Assembly: GCA_964450845.1 (NCBI GenBank)
Contig: CAYVGZ010000014.1
Coordinates: 1 to 23,225, forward strand
Length of the DNA: 23,225 bases
Source of the DNA: an uncultured Candidatus Bathyarchaeia archaeon
GTDB lineage: Archaea; Thermoproteota; Bathyarchaeia; Bathyarchaeales; Bathycorpusculaceae
Reading direction: 5' to 3'
The notes under the pieces were generated by a model, which did not search any database, had not been told where the DNA came from, and saw nothing but the letters and a program-made list of their open reading frames with translations. A program made the position numbers and the translations under genes. Shown here piece by piece: positions 1-8,364 of the stretch (positions are counted from its first letter, which is position 1; every line of letters starts with the position of its first letter).

Positions 1-461
1 GCATAGCCCTCTGGAATTGGAACAACCGCACCATGCGCATTGACAACTACACACTCACGGCTTGACTCCACAACACTCTTATAAACGTCCCATTCAGTGA
101 TCACGTGAAAAGAAGCGTTAACTGGAAGGTGAAAATCAACGAACCACGTATCGAAAAGAAATGCACCTCTTCTGAAGAAATGCGACGAAACATTCACCCA
201 TATCCTCGCAAAAGGAAGCACCACCGTAAAATTGTTCTCATTCACTGTTTCCACAGCTTCTCTCGCACCATCCAAAACCTTCGTCACGTTATCTACGTCT
301 CTAACTTCAACACCATCCAGAGCTATAACGTAAACGTCGATTTTGATTTTGCCATTTTCAAATTGAAGTGTACTGTAGGCTTTAGGCATACTCAAAAAAA
401 CATAACTGCACATGAGTGAGAGAACCAGCATTGAGCCGAAAAACCCGGCTAGGCGAATCAT
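1..461 (-). CDS. Hypothetical secreted or membrane-anchored protein (partial, runs off the left edge)
   Basis: Not in the ORF track. Translated by hand from ATG at 461: MIRLAGFFGSMLVLSLMCSYVFLSMPKAYSTLQFENGKIKIDVYVIALDGVEVRDVDNVTKVLDG...VVNAHGAVVPIPEGY, open to base 1. It has a hydrophobic signal-like N-terminus and N-X-S/T sequons (NVT, NFT, NVS, NAS). Confidence 0.75.
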   Translation of the reverse strand, partial: MIRLAGFFGSMLVLSLMCSYVFLSMPKAYSTLQFENGKIKIDVYVIALDGVEVRDVDNVTKVLDGAREAVETVNENNFTVVLPFARIWVNVSSHFFRRGAFLFDTWFVDFHLPVNASFHVITEWDVYKSVVESSRECVVVNAHGAVVPIPEGY

Positions 462-558
462 AACGTAAACCAGGAGATGAATTAGGGTTTCAATCTATTT
501 ATCTTTTACGAAATTTTCAGACTAGTTCTAGACTAAACTTATAGACGCCACTTCTATT

Positions 559-695
559 TCATTGAAATGTTTTTATGATGAAACCCATTATTAATGTTAA
601 AGCTGCTATTCCAAAACTGATAAGTACCATCTCTGAAAATCTATTTTTGAATGAAATTTCTTTAGCAACAGAAATGTAGAAAGTGAAGATGAAAA
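559..695 (-). pseudogene. Truncated copy of the 3' end of the VIT1/CCC1 (MbfA-like) gene
   Basis: Reads FIFTFYISVAKEISFKNRFSEMVLISFGIAALTLIMGFIIKTFQ*, versus FIFTFYISVAKEISFKNRFSEMVSISLGIAALTFIMGFIIRTFLNVEL* at the end of the 13462-14343 gene. There is no in-frame start; an in-frame stop lies at 715-717. Confidence 0.85.
565..695 (+). repeat. 131-bp dispersed direct repeat, copy 1 (copy 2 at 13480-13610)
   Basis: Manual ungapped alignment gives 10 mismatches in 131 bp, with a 63-bp perfect core (625-687). Confidence 0.9.
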
Positions 696-914
696 CAGAA
701 AGATGAGAAAGAGTTTAAAACTCATGTCAACCATCACTTGACACTTTAAATGTAACACCAACCTTATTTAAAATTTTCCAGTAATCCCTTCTATAATTAG
801 ACTCTAGGCTACTCTCTCTCACGCAAACACCTACCCACCTCCAAAACTAATCTAAAAACTGAACCACCATAAGATTATAAATAGGCAACTTTAAATCATA
901 CTCAAAAATATAAA

Positions 915-1232
915 GTGAAAAAGGCGCTAAAAGAATTGCAACCTCTAACAAAAATATATTGGCTAAGAGTAGCCTTAGGTATAGTTGCAGCATTTGTATG
1001 CACAGGCTACGCCATAGTCGCACAAAAACCGTTTCCAGGAGACTATTTCTTTTTAATGAATGGCATAACCATAGCGTTGGCAGTCTACTTAGTATCCTTC
1101 TACGTTATAAAAAGCAAATTTTTGCTTCAGGTGGAGAAACCATCAAAACTCGCAACAACTGGAATAGGCATATACTTCATTTCGTGGATAGTCTTCTGGA
1201 TCCTCTTATACACAATAATTGTGGTAGCTTAG
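915..1232 (+). CDS. Small 3-TM membrane protein, EMC6/Rab5ip-like
   Basis: GTG start and three hydrophobic segments. The N-terminal YWLR..LG and C-terminal K..T.G....F..W..FW.LLY patterns resemble EMC6 (YCR.../...VLFWTFLY). Confidence 0.55.
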   Translation: MKKALKELQPLTKIYWLRVALGIVAAFVCTGYAIVAQKPFPGDYFFLMNGITIALAVYLVSFYVIKSKFLLQVEKPSKLATTGIGIYFISWIVFWILLYTIIVVA

Positions 1233-1234
1233 TC

Positions 1235-1714
1235 TTATTCTTTAAGAAAATCTTCAATTGTTACTTGGCTCTTGTCATCCTTCAAAGTTTCAGGCTTTTC
1301 CCTCTCAGATGCTGCTAAAACTGCACTAGGCACACTTGAAACAGGAGCGTTCAAGCCTTTCACAATGTCCATTCTGCTGAGCACACGCATACAATCAGCC
1401 CAAGCCGAGAAAAATCCCCGATCAAAATCGCCATGAAGCCTATTCTTTACGTGATCCAAAAACTCTCGCCTATAACCATGCAAAGCCTCTTTATCACTTA
1501 AATCCATCTTCGAGAAAAAGGCGTATGAGTCATTATTGTTCGATCGCCGTGCAAGCAGCATCCCATACAAAGCCCTAAAATAACCCCTGTTCCACTCCGT
1601 TTTATGCATTTTCTGCTTAAGCCTCTCCAATTCACGCTCAGCTTCAGCAAACTGTCTATTGACTAAAAGTTGAAAGTAACGCGTTACCAAAGCTGAGGGG
1701 ACAGGCATCTTCAA
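1235..1714 (-). CDS. Hypothetical helical protein translationally coupled to radA
   Basis: 159-aa ORF whose TTG start overlaps the radA TGA (TTGA, 1711-1714); alternative ATG at 1708. Contains an internal repeat, WNRGYFRA / FDRGFFSA. Confidence 0.8.
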   Translation of the reverse strand: MKMPVPSALVTRYFQLLVNRQFAEAERELERLKQKMHKTEWNRGYFRALYGMLLARRSNNNDSYAFFSKMDLSDKEALHGYRREFLDHVKNRLHGDFDRGFFSAWADCMRVLSRMDIVKGLNAPVSSVPSAVLAASEREKPETLKDDKSQVTIEDFLKE

Positions 1715-2721
1715 CGCCCACGTGACTTTGTTTTCTCTTCTTCGGAAACATCTTCTATGCCGTTCTCAGTTATTTTAAATATTTCCTCACCCTCGGGCAA
1801 GTATGGACTCGAAACTAAACGGGCAATCCGCACAGGACCATGAGAAGCTCGCCGCAGATAAACACGCGTGTGGCTTGTATGCCCAACAATGTGACCGCCA
1901 ATAGGATAAATCGCATCTCCGAAAAACACGTCTGGCTTAGCCATAACCTGATTCGTCACAACTGCTACAGCGTTAAAAGCCCTAGCCAGACGAATGAGCC
2001 TATGCATGTGTTTATTCAGCTTCTGTTGCCTAGAAGCTAACATTTCACGCCCAAGATACTCGCTTCTAAAATGTGCAGTCAAGGAATCGACAATAATGAG
2101 CTTCACATTATTCGCTTTAATCACTTCATCAGCATTATCAAGAAGAAACATTTGATGATCGGAAGTATACGCTTCAGCATAGATGATGTTTTTAACAATT
2201 TGCTCTGGGTCAAGCCCTAAATGCCTAGACATCTGCACAATCCGCTCTGTTCTAAAAGTATTCTCGGTATCAACGTACAATGCAGCGCCGCTGAGTCCAC
2301 CCCTTTCAGGAGGCAACTGAACATTTACGCATAGCTGATGGCAAAGCTGGCTTTTCCCGCTGCCATACTCGCCGTAGAACTCGGTTATAGTCTGCGTTTC
2401 TAATCCGCCATCAAGCATTCTGTCTAGGGGTTTGCTGCTAGTTGTTAAACGCAAAACGCTTTGACGCATCTTGAGAAGCTCATCCGCCCGAACAAAAGCA
2501 ACACTGATTGAAGAACGTGCAGCCTCGATAATAGCGAAGGCTTTTTTCTCGCTGATGCCTGCAGGCTCCAACTCTTTGGCAGTAGCCATAGCCAATGATT
2601 CAACCGTGTGAAATCCCAGTTCCTGCAGTTTCTGAGCAGTGGCTGGACCAATTCCTGGAAGGTCCTCCAAAAGCTCGTATTTCTTCTTTATAGCGTCTTC
2701 TACCCGCTCTTCCTCAGCCAT
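1711..2721 (-). CDS. radA: DNA repair and recombination protein RadA
   Basis: N-terminal HhH domain (LPGIGPATAQKL), Walker A GEYGSGKS, Walker B LIIVDS, YLGREMLASRQQKL and GGHIVGH motifs. No intein. GGAG-type RBS upstream. Confidence 0.97.
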   Translation of the reverse strand: MAEEERVEDAIKKKYELLEDLPGIGPATAQKLQELGFHTVESLAMATAKELEPAGISEKKAFAIIEAARSSISVAFVRADELLKMRQSVLRLTTSSKPLDRMLDGGLETQTITEFYGEYGSGKSQLCHQLCVNVQLPPERGGLSGAALYVDTENTFRTERIVQMSRHLGLDPEQIVKNIIYAEAYTSDHQMFLLDNADEVIKANNVKLIIVDSLTAHFRSEYLGREMLASRQQKLNKHMHRLIRLARAFNAVAVVTNQVMAKPDVFFGDAIYPIGGHIVGHTSHTRVYLRRASHGPVRIARLVSSPYLPEGEEIFKITENGIEDVSEEEKTKSRGR

Positions 2722-2970
2722 TAATCATTTCTCCTCTCATAACTTATGAAAGAGTTAGGTCAAGCCATATTTAAAACACACGGAAACATAATATCACTTA
2801 ATCTGTGGAGAGATAAGTTAAAGTGATAAGACAAAAAGGTTTAACATCCACAGCCTCTTGCTGTTTATAAGCATTAGTCACTGAGAACTATCTAAAATTT
2901 GGTGATAATACAAGACAAGATATAAGTACATGAATTATTCATAAAACCGACAAACAAAAGAGGGAAAACG

Positions 2971-3855
2971 TTGGAAACAGCAAAAATTGTGGAAAACGTT
3001 GCCTTTAACATTTTAAAACAAGCAGTAATTTACTTGCCAGAAGACGTTAAACAAGCATTGACACAGGCATATGCCGAAGAAACAAGCGAAACAGGCAAAA
3101 CGCAATTAAAAGCAATTCTGGACAACATTGAACTTGCCGAAAAATATCAGGCGCCCATATGTCAAGACACAGGAACAATCATATTTTACATCAAGGCTGG
3201 CGCCAAAGCAAAAAACCTCGAAAAAATTGAAGAAGCGTTGATAAATGCCACCCGAAAAGCCTCAAAAGAAATCCCTCTAAGACCAAATTCAGTTAACCCA
3301 TTCACCCAGAAGAACAGCGGAGACAACACTGGAAGATACATACCATTCCTACACTGGGAAATCGTGCCCGGAGACAGCATAGAACTAACCGTCATGCCAA
3401 AAGGCGGAGGCTCAGAAAACGTTTGCGTAACAGGAATGCTCGTGCCTGGAGAAGGAATAAACGGATTGAAAAAGTTCGTCGTTGACGCTGTTCTAAAAGC
3501 TGGCGCTCAACCGTGCCCACCAAACATTTTAGGCATAGCAATGGGCGGCGGAACCGACATAGCGATAAAACTAGCTAAAAAAGCGTTGCTAAAGCCTTTA
3601 CATGAACCCAATGAAAACCCAGAAATTGCCAAACTTGAAAAAGAAATATTTAAAGCTGTCAACATGACTGGAATCGGTCCAATGGGGCTAGGCGGAAAAA
3701 CCACGGTTTTAGGCGTACACGTGGATTATGCTTTTAGGCATCCAGCATCTTTTCCTGCAGCTGTTGCTTTCAATTGTTGGGCTGCTAGAAGAGCTTCTGC
3801 GAGAATTAACGTGGATGGAACGGTTGAATATTTGACGCATAAGATAAAATTGTGA
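2971..3855 (+). CDS. Class I fumarate hydratase / L-tartrate dehydratase, alpha subunit (Fe-S)
   Basis: PICQDTG, KGGGSEN, QPCPP, GIGPMGLGGKTT and FNCWAARR motifs. TTG start with GAGG RBS. Confidence 0.93.
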   Translation: METAKIVENVAFNILKQAVIYLPEDVKQALTQAYAEETSETGKTQLKAILDNIELAEKYQAPICQDTGTIIFYIKAGAKAKNLEKIEEALINATRKASKEIPLRPNSVNPFTQKNSGDNTGRYIPFLHWEIVPGDSIELTVMPKGGGSENVCVTGMLVPGEGINGLKKFVVDAVLKAGAQPCPPNILGIAMGGGTDIAIKLAKKALLKPLHEPNENPEIAKLEKEIFKAVNMTGIGPMGLGGKTTVLGVHVDYAFRHPASFPAAVAFNCWAARRASARINVDGTVEYLTHKIKL

Positions 3856-3866
3856 GGTGAAAAAGA

Positions 3867-4472
3867 ATGACGGTTTACAAATTTAAAACACCAATATCGG
3901 AAGAAGACATTCGCAAACTCAAAGTAAACGATGTGCTCTACATAACTGGAACAATGGTAACCGCACGAGACCAAGCGCATAAGAGAGCTTTAGACTACTT
4001 TAAACAGGGAAAACCCTTGCCCATAAACCTTGAAGGACTAGCCGTTTTTCACTGCGGTCCAGTCATGAGTAAGGAAGGAGAAAAATGGATTGCCGTGGCT
4101 GCAGGTCCAACAACGAGCACGCGGATGGACATTTTCGAGGATGAGTTCATCAAAAACTTCAAAGTTCGAGTGGTAATTGGCAAGGGTGGAATGGGGAAGA
4201 AGACGACGGATGCTATGGCTAAATATGGTGCTGTTTATGGCGCTTTCACTGGTGGAGCCGCAATATTGGCTGCAAAAGCCATAAAAAACGTCAGAAGTGC
4301 TGAGTGGCTTGATCTTGGAATGCCAGAAGCCCTATGGATCTTTGAAGTTGAGGAGTTTGGTCCGTTGGCTGTTGCTATTGACTCGCATGGAAACAACGTT
4401 TTCATGGACATCCAAAAGAAGGCTGAAGAGAACAAGCAAAAGATTTACCAGAAACTTGGCTTGTCCCCATAG
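3867..4472 (+). CDS. Class I fumarate hydratase / L-tartrate dehydratase, beta subunit
   Basis: TARDQAH, FHCGPV, AGPTTSTRM, IGKGGM and AIDSHGN motifs. Lies 11 nt after the alpha subunit, with a GAGGTGA RBS. Confidence 0.93.
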   Translation: MTVYKFKTPISEEDIRKLKVNDVLYITGTMVTARDQAHKRALDYFKQGKPLPINLEGLAVFHCGPVMSKEGEKWIAVAAGPTTSTRMDIFEDEFIKNFKVRVVIGKGGMGKKTTDAMAKYGAVYGAFTGGAAILAAKAIKNVRSAEWLDLGMPEALWIFEVEEFGPLAVAIDSHGNNVFMDIQKKAEENKQKIYQKLGLSP

Positions 4473-4481
4473 TTTTAACCA

Positions 4482-4508
4482 TTATTTTTCTGTTTATTTT
4501 TGTTTTTG
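4482..4508 (+). terminator. Oligo-T archaeal terminator after the fumarase operon
   Basis: TTATTTTTCTGTTTATTTTTGTTTTTG about 10 nt after the stop at 4472. Confidence 0.5.
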
Positions 4509-4596
4509 ATTATTGATAGCTAGTTTAGATTCTGTTTAATGTTTCGGAAGATTTAATATACAATCATTACATCCCATTAACCAAGAGGCAGACGTC

Positions 4597-5115
4597 ATGT
4601 TCAAAAACTTTAGAGACAAAATAGCCCTTTCCGGAATCACGGTGCTGATGATAGGTGTAGCCCTTCTGATAGGCACTTTCGTAAGCGCCTACGGATTCCT
4701 AACCCAAAGCCTATCGATAATTGCTTCTCAAGATTTGGTGCAAACATTCGGTGAAGCATTGGCGCCTTTGATTGCAACCTGCATACGCATAATGTATCTT
4801 GGAGTAATGGGTTGGATAGGCTCGCTATTAACAATAAGGGGAGTAACACTAATCGCCCATACACCACAGATGCCGACTGTTGCTCCGCAAAAGCCAATTC
4901 CACCTCAGCAAAAACCCTTACCATTGCCTCAGAAGGCAAAAGCAGAAAAACTACCAGAAGAAGCTAAGCCAGAAACCAAGCCAGAAGCTAAGCCTGAAGC
5001 TAAACAGCCAGAACCAGAGATTGTGGTTATACCTCCAGAGCAAGTTCCGCAACCACAACCAGAACCAAAAGAACCGCAGAAAAACGATTCTCCACCGCAA
5101 TCACCCAATCAATAA
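4597..5115 (+). CDS. Hypothetical membrane protein with a Pro/Glu/Lys/Gln-rich C-terminal tail
   Basis: Two to three hydrophobic helices in the first ~90 aa, followed by a low-complexity tail (KPETKPEAKPEAKQPEPE). Confidence 0.8.
   Translation: MFKNFRDKIALSGITVLMIGVALLIGTFVSAYGFLTQSLSIIASQDLVQTFGEALAPLIATCIRIMYLGVMGWIGSLLTIRGVTLIAHTPQMPTVAPQKPIPPQQKPLPLPQKAKAEKLPEEAKPETKPEAKPEAKQPEPEIVVIPPEQVPQPQPEPKEPQKNDSPPQSPNQ
4960..5007 (+). repeat. In-frame 12-bp tandem repeat, 4 units (EAKP/ETKP/EAKP/EAKQ)
   Basis: gaagctaagcca-gaaaccaagcca-gaagctaagcct-gaagctaaacag. Confidence 0.8.
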
Positions 5116-5148
5116 ACTAACGCGTTAGACGCTGGAAAAGGGGCAACC

Positions 5149-5934
5149 ATGCGAGTACCAATTCGAATGATAGGCCTAGCTACAACGTTTTTCTGGATAT
5201 TCCTAATTGCTTTTTTCATTTCTGCAGTTTATTCTGTTAAAGATGTTCATTTCGATTTTGGCGACCCGCAAATGGGTTTAACTTCAGACAACAAACTAGT
5301 TTTCTCTCTGCCAGTGTCAATTACAAACAGGGGTTTCTACGACATAGGTGCTTTTAACATGACAACTGAGGTTTCAGATAAAGAAGGCTTCATCATTACG
5401 CGTGGATCCACGTTTATACCCGTTATAACCAAAAACGACTCCGTGACCGTAACTCACAACATGACGACGGATGTTAATGATTTGTTGGAGCGAGACCAAA
5501 ACTTTTTTTTGTTCAATGATACTGAATTGAAAATCTATGAAGCAGTAAGCATGAGAATTGCGGACATGATTCCAATTCAGGCTTCCACAAATTTTTCAGT
5601 GCCTTGGGGTGCACCATTATACAATTTCACTTTGGGAGAAGCTGAATATGCAGCACATAATCTAACCCACTTTAGAGCAGTCATTCCAATAAGCTTCGAA
5701 AATCACGCGTTCTTCGATGTTGTTGGAAACATCCAAACACGAATGTACAACAGCGCTGAAGAAGTTGTTGGCGATGGACAAATAGACATAGAAGCCTATC
5801 ATAATTCTCCTTACAATGGATATTTGGAGCTTTATGTTCCAATAACAGGGGTTACCGAAAGTGGACGTTTTGAAGTCTACTTTCAAACCCCGTTTTTCAA
5901 TTACGGAAGAATTTTGGTGATTCCTTATGGCTGA
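5149..5934 (+). CDS. Membrane-anchored surface glycoprotein with two LEA_2/WHy-like beta domains (tentative)
   Basis: N-terminal TM and an internal duplication (LPVSITNRGFYDI / IPISFENHAFFDV). Seven N-X-S/T sequons (N70, 96, 104, 123, 148, 159, 171). Confidence 0.6.
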   Translation: MRVPIRMIGLATTFFWIFLIAFFISAVYSVKDVHFDFGDPQMGLTSDNKLVFSLPVSITNRGFYDIGAFNMTTEVSDKEGFIITRGSTFIPVITKNDSVTVTHNMTTDVNDLLERDQNFFLFNDTELKIYEAVSMRIADMIPIQASTNFSVPWGAPLYNFTLGEAEYAAHNLTHFRAVIPISFENHAFFDVVGNIQTRMYNSAEEVVGDGQIDIEAYHNSPYNGYLELYVPITGVTESGRFEVYFQTPFFNYGRILVIPYG

Positions 5935-6376
5935 CACAAATACCGACTCCAAGAAAAGAGTTCGAAACTTTACGTTTAAAGCCTTAAAAGCAACTGTAAA
6001 GGGTGTTCTTTTCTACGGAATCTACTTTGTTCTATGGATGTTTCTGGCTCCAATTGGGGAAATTGTCCCTGGTTTTCAGCAGATGGTTGAAACTTTTGTC
6101 ATTGTTTACATCGTTTTTATAATTATTGGAGAACTTACTTCTGGAACGATCTTTCAATACTGTTTCAATGTAGCCAAAGCCTTGTTTGTGATTGGTTATT
6201 TGATCTTCTCGTTGAACGGTGGAATATTTGGCTTAACATTCGAAAACGTAAGTTTGATGATTGATCTTCGATTGTTCTTGGCGATTGCTACGCTCCTCGG
6301 TTTGTTGGGACTTGCAAAATCTGTGCTCCAAGCAGTGAATTACATGAACGAAAAAGCAGAATACACACCTATCTAA
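5927..6376 (+). CDS. Hypothetical multi-pass membrane protein
   Basis: 149 aa with about four hydrophobic segments. The start overlaps the previous stop by 8 nt. Confidence 0.8.
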   Translation: MADTNTDSKKRVRNFTFKALKATVKGVLFYGIYFVLWMFLAPIGEIVPGFQQMVETFVIVYIVFIIIGELTSGTIFQYCFNVAKALFVIGYLIFSLNGGIFGLTFENVSLMIDLRLFLAIATLLGLLGLAKSVLQAVNYMNEKAEYTPI

Positions 6377-6378
6377 TC

Positions 6379-6870
6379 TCACTTATGATTTAATCGGAGA
6401 TCACAACTCATCACGTATGCGTCTTCTCCGTCAGCATAGTAGCCGTGGATTGTGCGGGTGACTTGAAATCCCAACTTCTTGTAAAGGTCAACTGCTGGCG
6501 TGTTGGTTATTCTTACTTCTAGAAAGCATTGTTTTGCATTGTATAAGCGCATGCCTTCCATGGCTTCGGTAATTAACGCTTTTCCTACGCCTTTGCGTCT
6601 ATATTGAGGCAGAACAGCCACCGAAACAATGTGCCCCTTCTTGATTATGCCACTAAAACCTAAATTTGATAGACCCAGTTCTACTCTGCACATTATGTAA
6701 CCAATAATTTCCCCGTTTTCCTCAGCAACGATGAAAGTTTCGGGAAATCTCTGATACAAATCAATGAAAAAATAGTCAGTGTAGTTTTCTGGCAGACAAC
6801 TATTGTTAATATGCACTACGCTTCGCAGATCATTCTGAGCAAATTTCCGCAGTTTGAAAGTCTTTTGCAA
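6379..6870 (-). CDS. ard1: Ard1/RimI-family N-alpha-acetyltransferase (GNAT)
   Basis: LPENY, GYIMCR, GHIVSVAV, acetyl-CoA loop YRRKGVG, LEVR..N..A..LY and YYADGEDAY motifs. TTG start with GGAG RBS. Confidence 0.9.
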   Translation of the reverse strand: MQKTFKLRKFAQNDLRSVVHINNSCLPENYTDYFFIDLYQRFPETFIVAEENGEIIGYIMCRVELGLSNLGFSGIIKKGHIVSVAVLPQYRRKGVGKALITEAMEGMRLYNAKQCFLEVRITNTPAVDLYKKLGFQVTRTIHGYYADGEDAYVMSCDLRLNHK

Positions 6871-6936
6871 GATTTCTTCTCCAACACAGCTTAGAGGGAT
6901 TAATCAGTTTTCCTATTTAACCGCTTTTGATATGTT

Positions 6937-8211
6937 TTACTCTTCACTTGTTCTGACTTCTGGCAGTGTAAAGTTTCCATAAGGCATCGCCCAAACCTTA
7001 GCGTTTTTGCCAGCAGTTTTAAAAGCTTCATTTAAGGCGTCATTTACTGCCCTTGCCGTTTTCAACTTGAAAATGTTTGTGCCATAATAGTCTGGCATCA
7101 GAGAAACCAAAATAATCTGATGGTTCTGCAATGCTCTCAACAAATAATAGGCTTTGTGCCCGCCCAAAACAAAATTACGCTTAATTTCCCTTTCAACAGC
7201 CTTCACATCGCTAAACTTAACCATCCAATCATAAAAAACCTGGCTTCCATGCCCTTGTGAACATTCAGCCAACAAAACTATCACGCCGCCACGCTTGACG
7301 ACTTCAAGGGCGCTGTCAACACTCTTGTAGGCTTGGAAAAGATTTACATCTGCTGGATACCCACCTGGACTAACAACAACTATGTCTGCTTTACGGTCTA
7401 CCTGTATACGGTACATTTCGTCAACAACTTTAACGCCCTCGTAGAAGGCTTGTTCTAAATCGCCCGCGAAGGCTTTGACAACCTCGCCTTTACTGTTAGT
7501 TACAACGTTTAAAATGAAGTCTACCTTAGCCAGTCTTGCAGCTTCAATCATGTCTTCATGAACTGGATTTTCCTCCAAAACTCCTGTTTTTGCTTTTGGA
7601 TGCAGAAGCATAGCATGATTATGCTTTATTGTTTCCTCGCCCGAAACTGCTGGCAAAACACTTTTCCTTCCACCACCATAGCCTGCGTAATAGTGAAAAC
7701 AAACGTCTCCTGTGAGAATTTTTACGTCTGCCTCGGCGAAAGTGCGGTTTAAGTAGACTTTTGTTCCATGTTTCTGAGTTGTACCTACGTAAACTAGGTC
7801 CTGCGCGTTGCAGTCATGGCTTATGGCTTTCACATGGTTAAGAACGGCTTCACCCAAAAGCCTAACAGCGTCGTCATTTTTAACAGCCTTATGTGTTCCA
7901 CAACCAAAGATTATTGTTATATTTTCGTTTTTAACACCATCCGTGTTTAGTTCATCAAGTATTGGCGGAACCAACAGATGGCTTGGAGCAGACCTAGTCG
8001 CATCATCAACAACTATCGCCACTTTATGTTCAGGCTTAACAATTTCGCTCAATCGTTTAGAACCAATAGGCTCTCTTAAAGCCCTTTCAATTTCAGCCCT
8101 AGCATCTGGTACGCCAGTTTTCTCTTTAGGTTCTATTGAACCCAGAAAATTTTGTGTTGGAACCCTAACGCAGACCTCTGTTTTTCCGTAGGGAACCCAA
8201 ACATCAACCAT
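6937..8211 (-). CDS. larA: Nickel-pincer-dependent lactate racemase family protein (LarA homolog)
   Basis: DDATR, GTH, HYYAGYGGGRKS, HNH and FQAYK motifs match the LarA catalytic and cofactor-binding Asp, Arg, His and Lys positions. Substrate is not determinable. Confidence 0.9.
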   Translation of the reverse strand: MVDVWVPYGKTEVCVRVPTQNFLGSIEPKEKTGVPDARAEIERALREPIGSKRLSEIVKPEHKVAIVVDDATRSAPSHLLVPPILDELNTDGVKNENITIIFGCGTHKAVKNDDAVRLLGEAVLNHVKAISHDCNAQDLVYVGTTQKHGTKVYLNRTFAEADVKILTGDVCFHYYAGYGGGRKSVLPAVSGEETIKHNHAMLLHPKAKTGVLEENPVHEDMIEAARLAKVDFILNVVTNSKGEVVKAFAGDLEQAFYEGVKVVDEMYRIQVDRKADIVVVSPGGYPADVNLFQAYKSVDSALEVVKRGGVIVLLAECSQGHGSQVFYDWMVKFSDVKAVEREIKRNFVLGGHKAYYLLRALQNHQIILVSLMPDYYGTNIFKLKTARAVNDALNEAFKTAGKNAKVWAMPYGNFTLPEVRTSEE

Positions 8212-8364
8212 GAACCATCACTGTAAATATGAAAACACGCAGACAGCAACTATTAAGCATTACCAAAAATATGAAAGTGCGATTAACACCAAATCATGAG
8301 TACTGAATCCGCCAACAGAAGCCAACCCTTATATTTGCAAGCCCGCTCGTTCATGCAAAGATAA

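Noticed and set aside
105-419. 104-aa plus-strand ORF in the track
   Set aside because: It is the antisense shadow of the better minus-strand gene at 1-461, which has a signal peptide and an open frame.
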